Shown: positions 17,787 to 26,347 of the stretch, in pieces
How positions within the stretch are numbered: position 1 is the first letter of the stretch
Layout of the letters: every line of letters starts with the position of its first letter
Assembly (NCBI GenBank): GCA_965183835.1
Contig: CBCYME010000010.1
Location: forward strand, 188,102-252,101
Length of the DNA: 64,000 nt
Direction: 5' to 3'
Source: Paracoccaceae bacterium
GTDB lineage: Bacteria > Pseudomonadota > Alphaproteobacteria > Rhodobacterales > Rhodobacteraceae
Notes under the pieces: model-generated
What the model was told of the DNA's origin: nothing
The model's input: the letters and a program-made list of their open reading frames with translations, nothing else
Databases searched by the model: none
Translations under genes and position numbers: made by a program

Positions 17787-19160
17787 ATGACTCTCTGGAG
17801 CCCTGTACTAAGCGACACCGGCAATCCCCGGTACATTGAAATTGCCGAAGCCATTCGCTCTGACATAGACAAGGGAACCCTGTCTCCGGGTGACCGGCTT
17901 CCCGCACAACGCGCGGTCGCCCAAGTTTTGGGTCTGGATTTTTCGACAGTTTCGCGGGGCTATGCCGAAGCAGTCCGACGTGGCTACATCGAAAGCTTTG
18001 TCGGGCGCGGCACCTTTGTCCGCACCATCGAAGCAGAAACAGAACACCCCGATCCCCGGCGTTCATCGGAAGAAGACCCGATGATGAACATGCCGCCAGA
18101 ACCGGATGATCCGGACTTGATCGCCCGCATGCAGCAAGGGCTTTCGCATGTGTCAGCGAATCTTGTGCCGCTTTTGCGATACCAATCGGTCACCGGCAGT
18201 CCCCATGATCGCGACATCGCAATCGACTGGATGCAGCAACACGGGCTGGCCCATATCCCGGACCAGCTGACCATCACCCCCGGCGCGCATGCCAGCCTCT
18301 ACGCGATCCTGACACTTCTAAGCGAACCGGGCATGACCGTTCTGTGCGAAGATCTGACATACCCCGGCATCCGATCCATCGCATCCCGGCTGGGCATTCA
18401 GCTTGTCGGGGTGGCCAGTGACGAACACGGCATTCTTCCCGATGCACTGGAAGAGCGGATTACCACGCTTTGGCCCTCGGCCCTGTATCTGAACCCGACA
18501 CTCCAGAACCCGACCACCACCACCATTCCGCCAGAACGTCGCAAAGACATCGCTGCTGTCTTGCGCAAACACGATATCCCCCTGATTGAAGATGACGCTT
18601 ATTGCTTTGTCACGCCCGAGGCACCGGTTCCGATCTCTCATCTCATTCCGGATTTGGGTTGGCATATCGCCGGTCTGTCCAAAGCGTTTGGTGCGGGGCT
18701 GCGACTGGCCTACACAACGGTGCCAAAACAGGATCTTATGGGGCAGTTTTCCCAAATCCTGCGCAGCATGAGCGTTATGACCTCACCGCTGACGCTGGCC
18801 TTGATGGGACGGTGGATCGAAGATGGCACCGCCGCTGAGCTTCAGACGTTTATTCGAAAGGCTGCAAAAGAACGCCAAGATCTGGCCGCATCCATCCTGA
18901 AAAACTGTTCGTTCCGCAGCGACCCCCGCGCCTTTAACCTGTGGCTCACCCTGCCGTCCGGCACCAGCCGCGCCGAATTGATGGGGCGCATGGCAACACG
19001 GCAACTGGGCCTGATGCCAAGCGATGCTTTTGCGGTCACATCCGACCCCTTGCCGGAATCTGTGCGGGTGTGCCTTGGCGGGCCAACCCCGATCCGTCAG
19101 CTTAAAGAGGATCTGATCGCCCTCAACGATGCGGTCGTGCGCAAAGATTGGCTCGGCTAA
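17787..19160 (+). CDS. MocR-type PLP-dependent aminotransferase-like transcriptional regulator (GntR family)
   Basis: A GntR wHTH (LPAQRAVAQVLGLDFSTVSRGYAEAVRRGYI) is joined to a fold-type-I aminotransferase domain. The start is uncertain: ATGs lie at 17721, 17736, 17766 and 17787, and 17787 has GAGG upstream. Confidence 0.8.
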   Translation: MTLWSPVLSDTGNPRYIEIAEAIRSDIDKGTLSPGDRLPAQRAVAQVLGLDFSTVSRGYAEAVRRGYIESFVGRGTFVRTIEAETEHPDPRRSSEEDPMMNMPPEPDDPDLIARMQQGLSHVSANLVPLLRYQSVTGSPHDRDIAIDWMQQHGLAHIPDQLTITPGAHASLYAILTLLSEPGMTVLCEDLTYPGIRSIASRLGIQLVGVASDEHGILPDALEERITTLWPSALYLNPTLQNPTTTTIPPERRKDIAAVLRKHDIPLIEDDAYCFVTPEAPVPISHLIPDLGWHIAGLSKAFGAGLRLAYTTVPKQDLMGQFSQILRSMSVMTSPLTLALMGRWIEDGTAAELQTFIRKAAKERQDLAASILKNCSFRSDPRAFNLWLTLPSGTSRAELMGRMATRQLGLMPSDAFAVTSDPLPESVRVCLGGPTPIRQLKEDLIALNDAVVRKDWLG

Positions 19161-19178
19161 GGCAATTAGCCGACCTTA

Positions 19179-19355
19179 TCAGGCGTCTTCGTGACCCTTG
19201 AGGATGTACAGGCAATCGCAATACGGGCATTCAACGCGACCGGTATCCTCGGGGACTTGCAACCAAACGCGGGGATGCCCCAAAGCCCCTTCGCTGCCAT
19301 CACAGGCAACACGAGCGTTTTCAACAATTTTGGTTTCCGGCGCTTCAATTGTCAT
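19179..19355 (-). CDS. Small zinc-finger domain-containing protein (58 aa)
   Basis: MTIEAPETKIVENARVACDG...HPRVWLQVPEDTGRVECPYCDCLYILK with GAAGGA upstream. The longer ORF to 19469 has no support. Confidence 0.6.
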   Translation of the reverse strand: MTIEAPETKIVENARVACDGSEGALGHPRVWLQVPEDTGRVECPYCDCLYILKGHEDA

Positions 19356-19442
19356 CGCTGGCGGTCCTTCTGGTTGTCGGCCTCGCGGGCATGGATTAGA
19401 TGCGTTTATGAGCGATGGAATGCACAGGGGCAAGAGCCGCAG

Positions 19443-20375
19443 ATGACACAGGACGCGATCCGGATCCAAGGGCTAACCAAAACCTATAGCGGCGGGCGCA
19501 ACCAACCCGAAAAGCACGCGCTTAAGGGCATTGATCTGACTGTTCCACGGGGGTCCGTTTTTGGGCTGCTCGGCCCAAACGGGGCCGGCAAATCCACGCT
19601 GATCAATATCCTTGCGGGTCTGGTCGTCAAATCCAGCGGCTCGGTTACGATCTGGGGCTTTGATCAGGATGCCAATCCACGTCAGTCCCGCGCCTCGATT
19701 GGGGTGATGCCACAAGAGTTGAACCTTGACCCGTTTTTCACCCCGCGCGGTGCGCTAGAGGTACAGGCGGGCCTGTATGGCGTGCCAAAGGCACAACGCC
19801 GCAGCGATGAAATCCTTGAGATGATCGGCCTGACGGACAAGGCCGAAGCCTATGCCAGAACCCTGTCTGGCGGGATGCGCCGTCGCCTGTTGCTAGGCAA
19901 GGCGCTGGTGCACCGCCCCCATGTTCTGGTTCTTGATGAACCGACCGCAGGCGTTGATATCGGGTTGCGCCAGATGCTGTGGGCCAATGTGCGCAAGTTG
20001 AATGAACAAGGGATGACCATTATCCTGACCACGCATTACCTCGAAGAAGCGCAAGAAATGTGCGACGAGATTGCGATCATCAATCAGGGTCAACTGGTGG
20101 TCCAAGACAGCACCGCCAACCTGCTGGGACGCCTGGACCGGCGCACCATGGTGATTGTACCCGATGAACCGACCAGGACGCTGCCACAAGCCGACGGGAT
20201 TGATGCATCCCTCAGACCAGATGGCGCCATCGCACTGCACTATCACAGTCAACAGCTGAGCGCCGAACAGGTGCTCGAGGCCGTGCGTGCGGCAAACATC
20301 CGGATTCGCGACGTCAAAACCCAAGAGGCCGATCTGGAAGATGTGTTTCTTGCCCTGACGTCGGGCGCGGCTTGA
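19443..20375 (+). CDS. ABC transporter ATP-binding protein (ABC-2/NatA-like)
   Basis: ATG 19443 gives MTQDAIRIQGLTKTY. Walker A (GPNGAGKST), signature (LSGGMRRR) and Walker B (VLVLDEP) are present. The upstream part of the 394-aa ORF is non-coding-like. Confidence 0.85.
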   Translation: MTQDAIRIQGLTKTYSGGRNQPEKHALKGIDLTVPRGSVFGLLGPNGAGKSTLINILAGLVVKSSGSVTIWGFDQDANPRQSRASIGVMPQELNLDPFFTPRGALEVQAGLYGVPKAQRRSDEILEMIGLTDKAEAYARTLSGGMRRRLLLGKALVHRPHVLVLDEPTAGVDIGLRQMLWANVRKLNEQGMTIILTTHYLEEAQEMCDEIAIINQGQLVVQDSTANLLGRLDRRTMVIVPDEPTRTLPQADGIDASLRPDGAIALHYHSQQLSAEQVLEAVRAANIRIRDVKTQEADLEDVFLALTSGAA

Positions 20376-20403
20376 GGCCCTAGAGCCCCAAGCCGTCACG
20401 CAC

Positions 20404-21939
20404 CTAGGCTTTATCCGGCTGCGCTGGTGCAACATAAGGCAGTCGCGCCTTGGCTTTGGTATCCGCAGCTCCAGCATTGCGGATATAGCGTTCGTTGTCA
20501 TCAAGCCGAACAAGCGTCACGTAAGACGGCTCTCCGCCTGTGACCTGATGGATCGCCAACCGGCGGGTTTGTGTTGCCCGGATTTCGGAATACAGCGCCT
20601 CAGGATCCCAGCCGTCGAACAGAATATCCGTCATCTCGCGCTCGATCTCGGCCACCTCGGGCGTTCCGGACAGGTTCGTCAGCTCCAACGGATCAGCCTC
20701 GAGATCGTATAGCAGCGTGTCGCGCCCTTCGAGCCACATCAGTTTCCACTTGCCCTTTTTCACCATCCGGCTGGGCCCGGTTGACCCATCCGCCGCGAAC
20801 TCTGAAATGACCACATCCGACAATTGCTCTGCGTGCCCTTCGAGCGCGGGAACCAACGAATTGCCATCACAGGGCGCGGCATAGTCGGTGAATTCCCCAC
20901 CCGCTGCCAGATCCAAGAACGTCGGCATCATATCAATGAGCGAGATGTTCTGCGATACACGGCCCGGCTTGAACCGCTCGGGTGCCCAAACGATGAATGG
21001 AATCCGCGCCGCCCATTCAAAAAAGTGCTGCTTGAACCACATACCGCGCTCGCCCATCATCTCACCATGATCGGCGGTAAAGACAACGATCGTATCGTCC
21101 GACAACCCCGTGTCACGCAGCACCTGCATGATTTCACCGACCTTGTCGTCGATGTACGAAATCATCCCGTAATACCCATGTCGCGCCATACGGCGGTGGT
21201 CGTCGGTGACCGTGAACTTGTCACGCGCCTGACAGAAATGCAGATTGCGGCTGAGGTGATCCATGTCATCCAGCGCGAGCGGCGGCACTGCCGGGCTTTC
21301 GATGGCATCATGATCATAACGGTCCCAATATTCCTGCCCAATCACAAACGGGGAATGCGGGCTGGTAAAGGAAATCGTCAATTGGAACGGGCGATCATCC
21401 CCCTTGCGGGCCAGATCATACAACGCCTGCTTGCCGTGGAATGCGACCTCGTCATCATAGTCCATCTGCAACGTGCGCACGGCAGGGCCGCTTTCGACAA
21501 TCGGAGCCATGGTCAGGTTTGTGGGCCGATATTCGCGCCCCTTGGACCAATCGACAGTCCAGGCAAAATTCGCTGGATAAATCTCGGTCGTGTGGCGTTT
21601 CTCGTATCCATGCATTTGGTCCGGGCCCACGAAATGCATCTTGCCGCTCAGCTCTGAGCGATATCCCATTCCGCGCAGATAATGGCAAAAGGTCGGAATA
21701 TCCGCATGGAATTCATTCGCATTGTCATACATTCCCATTGCAAACGGCATCCGCCCCGCATGCATCGATGCCCGGGACGGGCCGCACATGGGCAGGTTGC
21801 AATAACAATTCCCAAACACCACACCTTCGTCCGCCAGCGCCCGAATATTGGGATCTTTAACCGTCGCATTGCCATAAGTAGACAGCGCATTCGCCGCCAA
21901 TTGGTCTGCCTGAATGAGAAGAATGTTAGGGCGGGTCAT
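20404..21939 (-). CDS. betC: Choline-sulfatase
   Basis: 511-aa ORF with the sulfatase active-site motif CGPSRASMHAG. It is colinear by eye with Sinorhizobium BetC (MHFVGPDQMHG, YDDEVAF, LYDLEADPLELTNL). Confidence 0.88.
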   Translation of the reverse strand: MTRPNILLIQADQLAANALSTYGNATVKDPNIRALADEGVVFGNCYCNLPMCGPSRASMHAGRMPFAMGMYDNANEFHADIPTFCHYLRGMGYRSELSGKMHFVGPDQMHGYEKRHTTEIYPANFAWTVDWSKGREYRPTNLTMAPIVESGPAVRTLQMDYDDEVAFHGKQALYDLARKGDDRPFQLTISFTSPHSPFVIGQEYWDRYDHDAIESPAVPPLALDDMDHLSRNLHFCQARDKFTVTDDHRRMARHGYYGMISYIDDKVGEIMQVLRDTGLSDDTIVVFTADHGEMMGERGMWFKQHFFEWAARIPFIVWAPERFKPGRVSQNISLIDMMPTFLDLAAGGEFTDYAAPCDGNSLVPALEGHAEQLSDVVISEFAADGSTGPSRMVKKGKWKLMWLEGRDTLLYDLEADPLELTNLSGTPEVAEIEREMTDILFDGWDPEALYSEIRATQTRRLAIHQVTGGEPSYVTLVRLDDNERYIRNAGAADTKAKARLPYVAPAQPDKA

Positions 21940-21970
21940 AGCGATCTATCTTATCTGGGACAAAGAGGGA

Positions 21971-21992
21971 CCTGACCGCCGAAGCGGTCAGG
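21971..21992 (-). terminator. 9-bp hairpin downstream of tctC
   Basis: CCTGACCGC-CGAA-GCGGTCAGG, followed on the minus strand by TCCCTCTTTGTCCC. Confidence 0.4.
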
Positions 21993-22045
21993 CGGGGAGA
22001 GACATCATACCGAGAGTCTAAGCCCGGTATGACATCGGGTCTCGT

Positions 22046-23023
22046 TTACCGAACAACCATATCCAGCTGGTCCGCGATCGTCCGGAACGTGTTGAATTGC
22101 TGCTCTACAAAAGCGCGGGTTTCTTCGGAGGACATCACCGCTGGGATAGACCCCAATTTTGCAGTGGCCTCATTCCAGCTTGCATCGTCTTTGAGGCTGG
22201 TCAGCACAGAACCCCACTTGTCAATTGCAGCCTGATCCATGCCACCGGGACCCCAAATGCCTGACCAGCCAATCACAGAACCCAAGATTGGATGCCCGAC
22301 TTCGGTCGCGGTCGGCGTGTCAGCAATACGCTCGACACGATCCGGGGTTGTCACCACCAGCGCGCGCAGCTGGCCGCTTTCAATACCGCTGGTCAGACCA
22401 GACAGGTTGTGGAAAATGAAATCCGCGTTGCCATTGATGACTGCGGTTGTCGCCTTGCCGCCTCCTTTGAAGGGCACGTGAATATGAGCATCTGAATCGA
22501 CACCCAGATCATTGATCAAAATGAGAGAGGCCATATGCAACAGCGTGCCAACACCTGCCGACGAATAGGTCAGACGCTCACCGCTTTTTAGCGCGTTCGC
22601 CAGATCATCAAAGGTTTTATAAGGCGAATCCGCAGCCACAGCGACGGCAAAGGGGTTCAATTCAACGACCCCCAACATGGTGAATTCATCCCACGTATAC
22701 GGAATGGTCGCGTTCATCGCAGGGACTGTTGCCTGTGATCCGACACGCGACATCAAAAGCTGATAGCCATTCTTTGGCCCCTTAGCGACCATGGTCGAGC
22801 CCGTCACCCCAGCCGCACCTGTCTGATTAACGACAAGCACATTGTTACCAAGGTACTCCGGGGCTTCGTTGCCGATGATACGCGCAGCAAGGTCCGCCGC
22901 GCCGCCGGGTCCATAAGGCACAACCAAGGTTACGGGCTTATTTGGGTATTCGGCCAGCGCCGGGGTTGCAGTCGCCAGTGCAGAGAATCCCGCAGCCGTG
23001 GCCAGGTTCCTTAGCATTCTCAT
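22046..23023 (-). CDS. tctC: Tripartite tricarboxylate transporter (TTT) substrate-binding protein, Bug/TctC family
   Basis: 325-aa ORF with a signal peptide (MRMLRNLATAAGFSALATATPALA). The Bug-family motif EYPNKPVTLVVPYGPGGAADLAAR is present, and GAGAGG lies upstream. Confidence 0.85.
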   Translation of the reverse strand: MRMLRNLATAAGFSALATATPALAEYPNKPVTLVVPYGPGGAADLAARIIGNEAPEYLGNNVLVVNQTGAAGVTGSTMVAKGPKNGYQLLMSRVGSQATVPAMNATIPYTWDEFTMLGVVELNPFAVAVAADSPYKTFDDLANALKSGERLTYSSAGVGTLLHMASLILINDLGVDSDAHIHVPFKGGGKATTAVINGNADFIFHNLSGLTSGIESGQLRALVVTTPDRVERIADTPTATEVGHPILGSVIGWSGIWGPGGMDQAAIDKWGSVLTSLKDDASWNEATAKLGSIPAVMSSEETRAFVEQQFNTFRTIADQLDMVVR

Positions 23024-23089
23024 TTGGTTACCTCTCTGTTCGCGGTGTCTGTGATGTCGTTTTTTTCTTGGTTATGTCATCGTTCTATG

Positions 23090-23114
23090 TTATTTACTTA
23101 CGGTAAGCAAATAA
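23090..23114. promoter_or_regulatory. 25-bp near-perfect AT-rich palindrome; candidate ROK-repressor operator
   Basis: In TTATTTACTTAC-G-GTAAGCAAATAA, 11 of 12 arm positions are complementary. It lies 18 nt upstream of the ROK regulator ATG and 67 nt upstream of divergent tctC. Confidence 0.45.
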
Positions 23115-23131
23115 ATAAATTGGAAATCCAC

Positions 23132-24325
23132 ATGGCGCGTCCTGCCTCACATCAAGATCAAGGAAGCAAGAACCGTAGAATGGTCTTGTCCGAAATCCTG
23201 CGTCATCCGGGTATTTCCAGAACTGAAATTGGCAAGTCCGTCGGGCTGAATGCAGCAAGCGTTTCGCGCATCTCGCGCGACCTGATTGAGGCCGGGTTAG
23301 TTAAAGAAGCTGACTCATTTGGTGACAAGAGTCGCCCCGGGCGGCGCTTTGTGGGGCTCGCGCCACGCGGCCAAGGCGGCTTTATCGTTGGCATCGGCAT
23401 GAATGCGTTTCGTCAATCCGTCACGCTGGCCGATCTGGAAAACCGCAAGATCGCAGAGTGGATCAGCCCCGAGGCCCCCTCGACCGATGGCGCAGCCTTT
23501 ATGCGCCTCTGCCTTGAAAAGGCGGACGAAATGGTGCGCGCCCATGTCCCGAACCGGGATCGGTTTTTCGGTGTCGGGATCGCAATTGCGGCTGAGCTAG
23601 ACAAGGCGAACGGTGAACTGCTCAGCGCGCCCGTTTTTGGCTGGACCACCCCCATTCGACTGGCAAACATGGTGCGTGAAACGCTCGACGTGCCACTGGT
23701 GCTCGACACACCCTCGTCAGCGATCAACAAATCCGAAGCGGACATTGGACAAGGGTTGGGGGTCTCTAACCTGATCACAGTTCACTGCAGTTTGGGCTTT
23801 GGAATCGGAATACGGCACCTCAACGATGACAACGCAACACTACAGGAATTTGGGCGCGTCTTAATCGAAAGCAAAGCCCCCGACGGGAGTGGCCGCACCC
23901 TGTCAGACGTGTGTGGTGGCATGGCGATTCTGCACAACCTGTTGCGGCCTGAAAAAATCGCTGACCGCACCGACACCGAACTGGGTGCGATGCTAATCGA
24001 CATGATCCGACGGTCGAAAACCGATGCCGGTTTGCGTGATCTGCTGGGCGACATTGGCGGTCTGACCGCTCAGTATCTGTCTCTGCTTTTCGATCTGTGT
24101 CAGCCAGAATGCATCCTGCTTGCGGGGCCGCTGGCAACCTCGCCCGAATATATTGCTGGCTTTACCGATGCACTGAGCACATCGCTCGCCCGGCCCGCAC
24201 ACATTCCCGAAATCCGGTCTTCGGACCTGACGCCGACCGGCGCAAGCCGATGGCTGGCCCTGCGCGGCAATGTTGCAATGGCGGATCTCGACCTTGAGAC
24301 CTTGAAACTGGAGGACACAGCATGA
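23132..24325 (+). CDS. ROK family transcriptional regulator
   Basis: ATG 23132 gives MARPASHQDQGSKNRRMVLSEILRHPGISRTEIGKSVGLNAASVSRISRDLIEAGLV (MarR-like wHTH). A ROK sugar-kinase-like domain follows. The upstream part of the ORF is AT-rich and non-coding-like. Confidence 0.8.
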   Translation: MARPASHQDQGSKNRRMVLSEILRHPGISRTEIGKSVGLNAASVSRISRDLIEAGLVKEADSFGDKSRPGRRFVGLAPRGQGGFIVGIGMNAFRQSVTLADLENRKIAEWISPEAPSTDGAAFMRLCLEKADEMVRAHVPNRDRFFGVGIAIAAELDKANGELLSAPVFGWTTPIRLANMVRETLDVPLVLDTPSSAINKSEADIGQGLGVSNLITVHCSLGFGIGIRHLNDDNATLQEFGRVLIESKAPDGSGRTLSDVCGGMAILHNLLRPEKIADRTDTELGAMLIDMIRRSKTDAGLRDLLGDIGGLTAQYLSLLFDLCQPECILLAGPLATSPEYIAGFTDALSTSLARPAHIPEIRSSDLTPTGASRWLALRGNVAMADLDLETLKLEDTA

Positions 24326-24828
24326 CTTCCGACCAAAAAAGGGACCTGTTCGCAGCCTGTCTCTTTCTTGCAATGAGCCTGATCGCGATTTTCTTTCTGA
24401 TCCCTCAAGGGGTCAAGGTGCCCAGGTCGATCAAAAGCGCCGCCCTATCGCCCGATTTTTGGCCCCGCATTATCGCCTACGCCACCGCCTTGGCATCGGG
24501 CTTCCTGCTGTTTGAAACACTGACATGGCAGCAACCTCAGCTCGAAGAGGACGAGACCGAGGAAAGCGCCCAGTATCAATTGAACACAATGCACGCCAGC
24601 CTGCGCGTCATCGCAATGATCGGGGCGCTGTTCTTCTTTTATGCAAGCCTGACGACACTGGGTGTGGTCGCGGCGTCGGTCGTTTTGATGTTCTCGATGA
24701 TGCTCTTCTTCGGAGAGCGCAAAATCTGGCTCATCGCCGTGCTGAGCCTCGGCATTCCCGTACTGCTGTACGTTTTCTTCCGATTTGTCGCCAGCGTTCC
24801 CATCCCGCTTGGCATGTTCGGCAACTGA
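24322..24828 (+). CDS. tctB: TTT transporter small membrane subunit
   Basis: 168-aa, 4-TM ORF with an ATGA overlap with the ROK gene. It is immediately followed by tctA. Confidence 0.8.
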   Translation: MTSDQKRDLFAACLFLAMSLIAIFFLIPQGVKVPRSIKSAALSPDFWPRIIAYATALASGFLLFETLTWQQPQLEEDETEESAQYQLNTMHASLRVIAMIGALFFFYASLTTLGVVAASVVLMFSMMLFFGERKIWLIAVLSLGIPVLLYVFFRFVASVPIPLGMFGN

Positions 24829-24841
24829 AAAGGACCCCCCA

Positions 24842-26347
24842 ATGGACGTCATTATCGAAGCCTTTTCGCTCTTTCTGAGTTGGCAGAATATTTTGGTTGT
24901 CGGGATCGGTGTTGCGATCGGCACAATCATCGGCGCAATCCCGGGCATGACGACGCCAATGGGGGTCGCGCTGGTCTTACCGTTTACCTTCACCATGCCG
25001 CCCGTGACCGGCATTCTTTTGCTGTTGGGGGTGTACAAGGGCGGCCTGTACGGCGGGTCTATTACGGCCATTTTAATCAAGACGCCCGGAACCCCCGCAG
25101 CGTCTTGTACCGTTTTAGACGGATATCCGCTGACCCAAAAAGGCGATGCCCGAAAGGCGCTGGATATTGCGCTCTATTCGTCTTGCACGGCTGATCTGAT
25201 CTCAAATATCGCGTTGATCCTGTTTGCGGGTGTACTTGCCAGTGTTGCCTTGCAGTTTGGCCCCCCTGAGTTCTTTACCCTCATCGTGTTCTCGCTCACG
25301 ATCATCGCCGGCGTTTCTGGACCCAGTCTGGCCAAAGGTGTCTTGTCGGCCAGTCTTGGCCTGATGCTGGCAACCATGGGGCTGGATCTGGTGTATGGGA
25401 CCGAGCGGTTCATCTTTGGCAACTACCAATTGATGGCGGGGCTGAACTTTATCCCGGTGCTCATCGGTCTGTTCGCCCTGCCCGAGATCATCCATCGCAC
25501 CACCCGACGCGCCCGCCCACCGGGCAGTCAAAAACAAAACCTTGGCCAAGGCGCGACCTTTGCCGATTATCTAAGTGTCTTAAAATCGGTGGTGCGCGGC
25601 AGCATCTTTGGCGTCATCCTTGGGGCCATCCCCGGTATCGGTGGCGCACCAGCTGCGTTCCTGTCCTATTCCGAGGCGCGTCGCACATCTAAAAACCCCG
25701 AAAAATTCGGCAAAGGCTCTATCGAAGGTGTCGCCGCAGCCGAAGCCGGCAACAACGGCGTTGCAGGGGCAACCATGATCCCGTTGCTGGCGCTCGGCAT
25801 TCCGGGTGACGTCATCACCGCCGTGATCCTTGGGGCGTTTATGATCCATGGATTGCGCCCCGGCCCGATCCTGTTCGATCAAAACCTGCCGATGATTTAT
25901 GCGCTCTTCATGGGCATTCTGCTCAGCTCGGCTTACCTGTTCTTTATCGGTAAGGTCGCGATCCGCTTCTTTAGCCGTATCGCCACAGTCCCGAACCGGA
26001 TTCTCTATCCCATCGTGTTTATCCTGTGCGTTTATGGGGCCTATGCGGTGAACAACAACTTGTTCGACGTTCTGGTGATGTTGGTCATGGGGTTGGTCGG
26101 ATATGCGATGCTGCGCCTTGATATTCCGGTCGCACCGTTCCTGATTGCCTACGTACTGGTGCCATTGCTCGAAGATAACTTCAGGCAATCCCTGCTGATT
26201 GCGGACGGCGACAACACCATCTTTTTCCGCAATATCATCTGCATCGGGTTCTGGATTCTGACCTGTCTGTCTATCTTTGTTCTGATCCGCAGCCGCATTC
26301 AGGCAGCACGCACAGGCAAGGCCTCTGTCTTGACGACGGGAGGGTGA
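24842..26347 (+). CDS. tctA: TTT transporter large permease subunit
   Basis: ATG 24842 has AAAGGA upstream. It encodes a ~500-aa polytopic protein with TctA-type motifs (GIPGMTTPMGVALVLPFT, GIPGDVITAVILGAF). Confidence 0.9.
   Translation: MDVIIEAFSLFLSWQNILVVGIGVAIGTIIGAIPGMTTPMGVALVLPFTFTMPPVTGILLLLGVYKGGLYGGSITAILIKTPGTPAASCTVLDGYPLTQKGDARKALDIALYSSCTADLISNIALILFAGVLASVALQFGPPEFFTLIVFSLTIIAGVSGPSLAKGVLSASLGLMLATMGLDLVYGTERFIFGNYQLMAGLNFIPVLIGLFALPEIIHRTTRRARPPGSQKQNLGQGATFADYLSVLKSVVRGSIFGVILGAIPGIGGAPAAFLSYSEARRTSKNPEKFGKGSIEGVAAAEAGNNGVAGATMIPLLALGIPGDVITAVILGAFMIHGLRPGPILFDQNLPMIYALFMGILLSSAYLFFIGKVAIRFFSRIATVPNRILYPIVFILCVYGAYAVNNNLFDVLVMLVMGLVGYAMLRLDIPVAPFLIAYVLVPLLEDNFRQSLLIADGDNTIFFRNIICIGFWILTCLSIFVLIRSRIQAARTGKASVLTTGG

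Noticed and set aside
20824-21657. Long antisense ORFs opposite well-supported genes. This 277-aa ORF lies opposite betC. Others are 52409-53215 and 52879-53625 opposite recQ, 60979-61764 opposite the P1 peptidase, 34534-35274 opposite MoxR/DUF58, 11673-12320, 12798-13409, 24445-25080 and 25580-26188.
   Set aside because: Their composition is Arg/Pro/Gly/His-rich and low-complexity, as expected for the reverse strand of GC-rich coding DNA. None shows motifs or SD/start support, and each fully overlaps a gene with clear family motifs.
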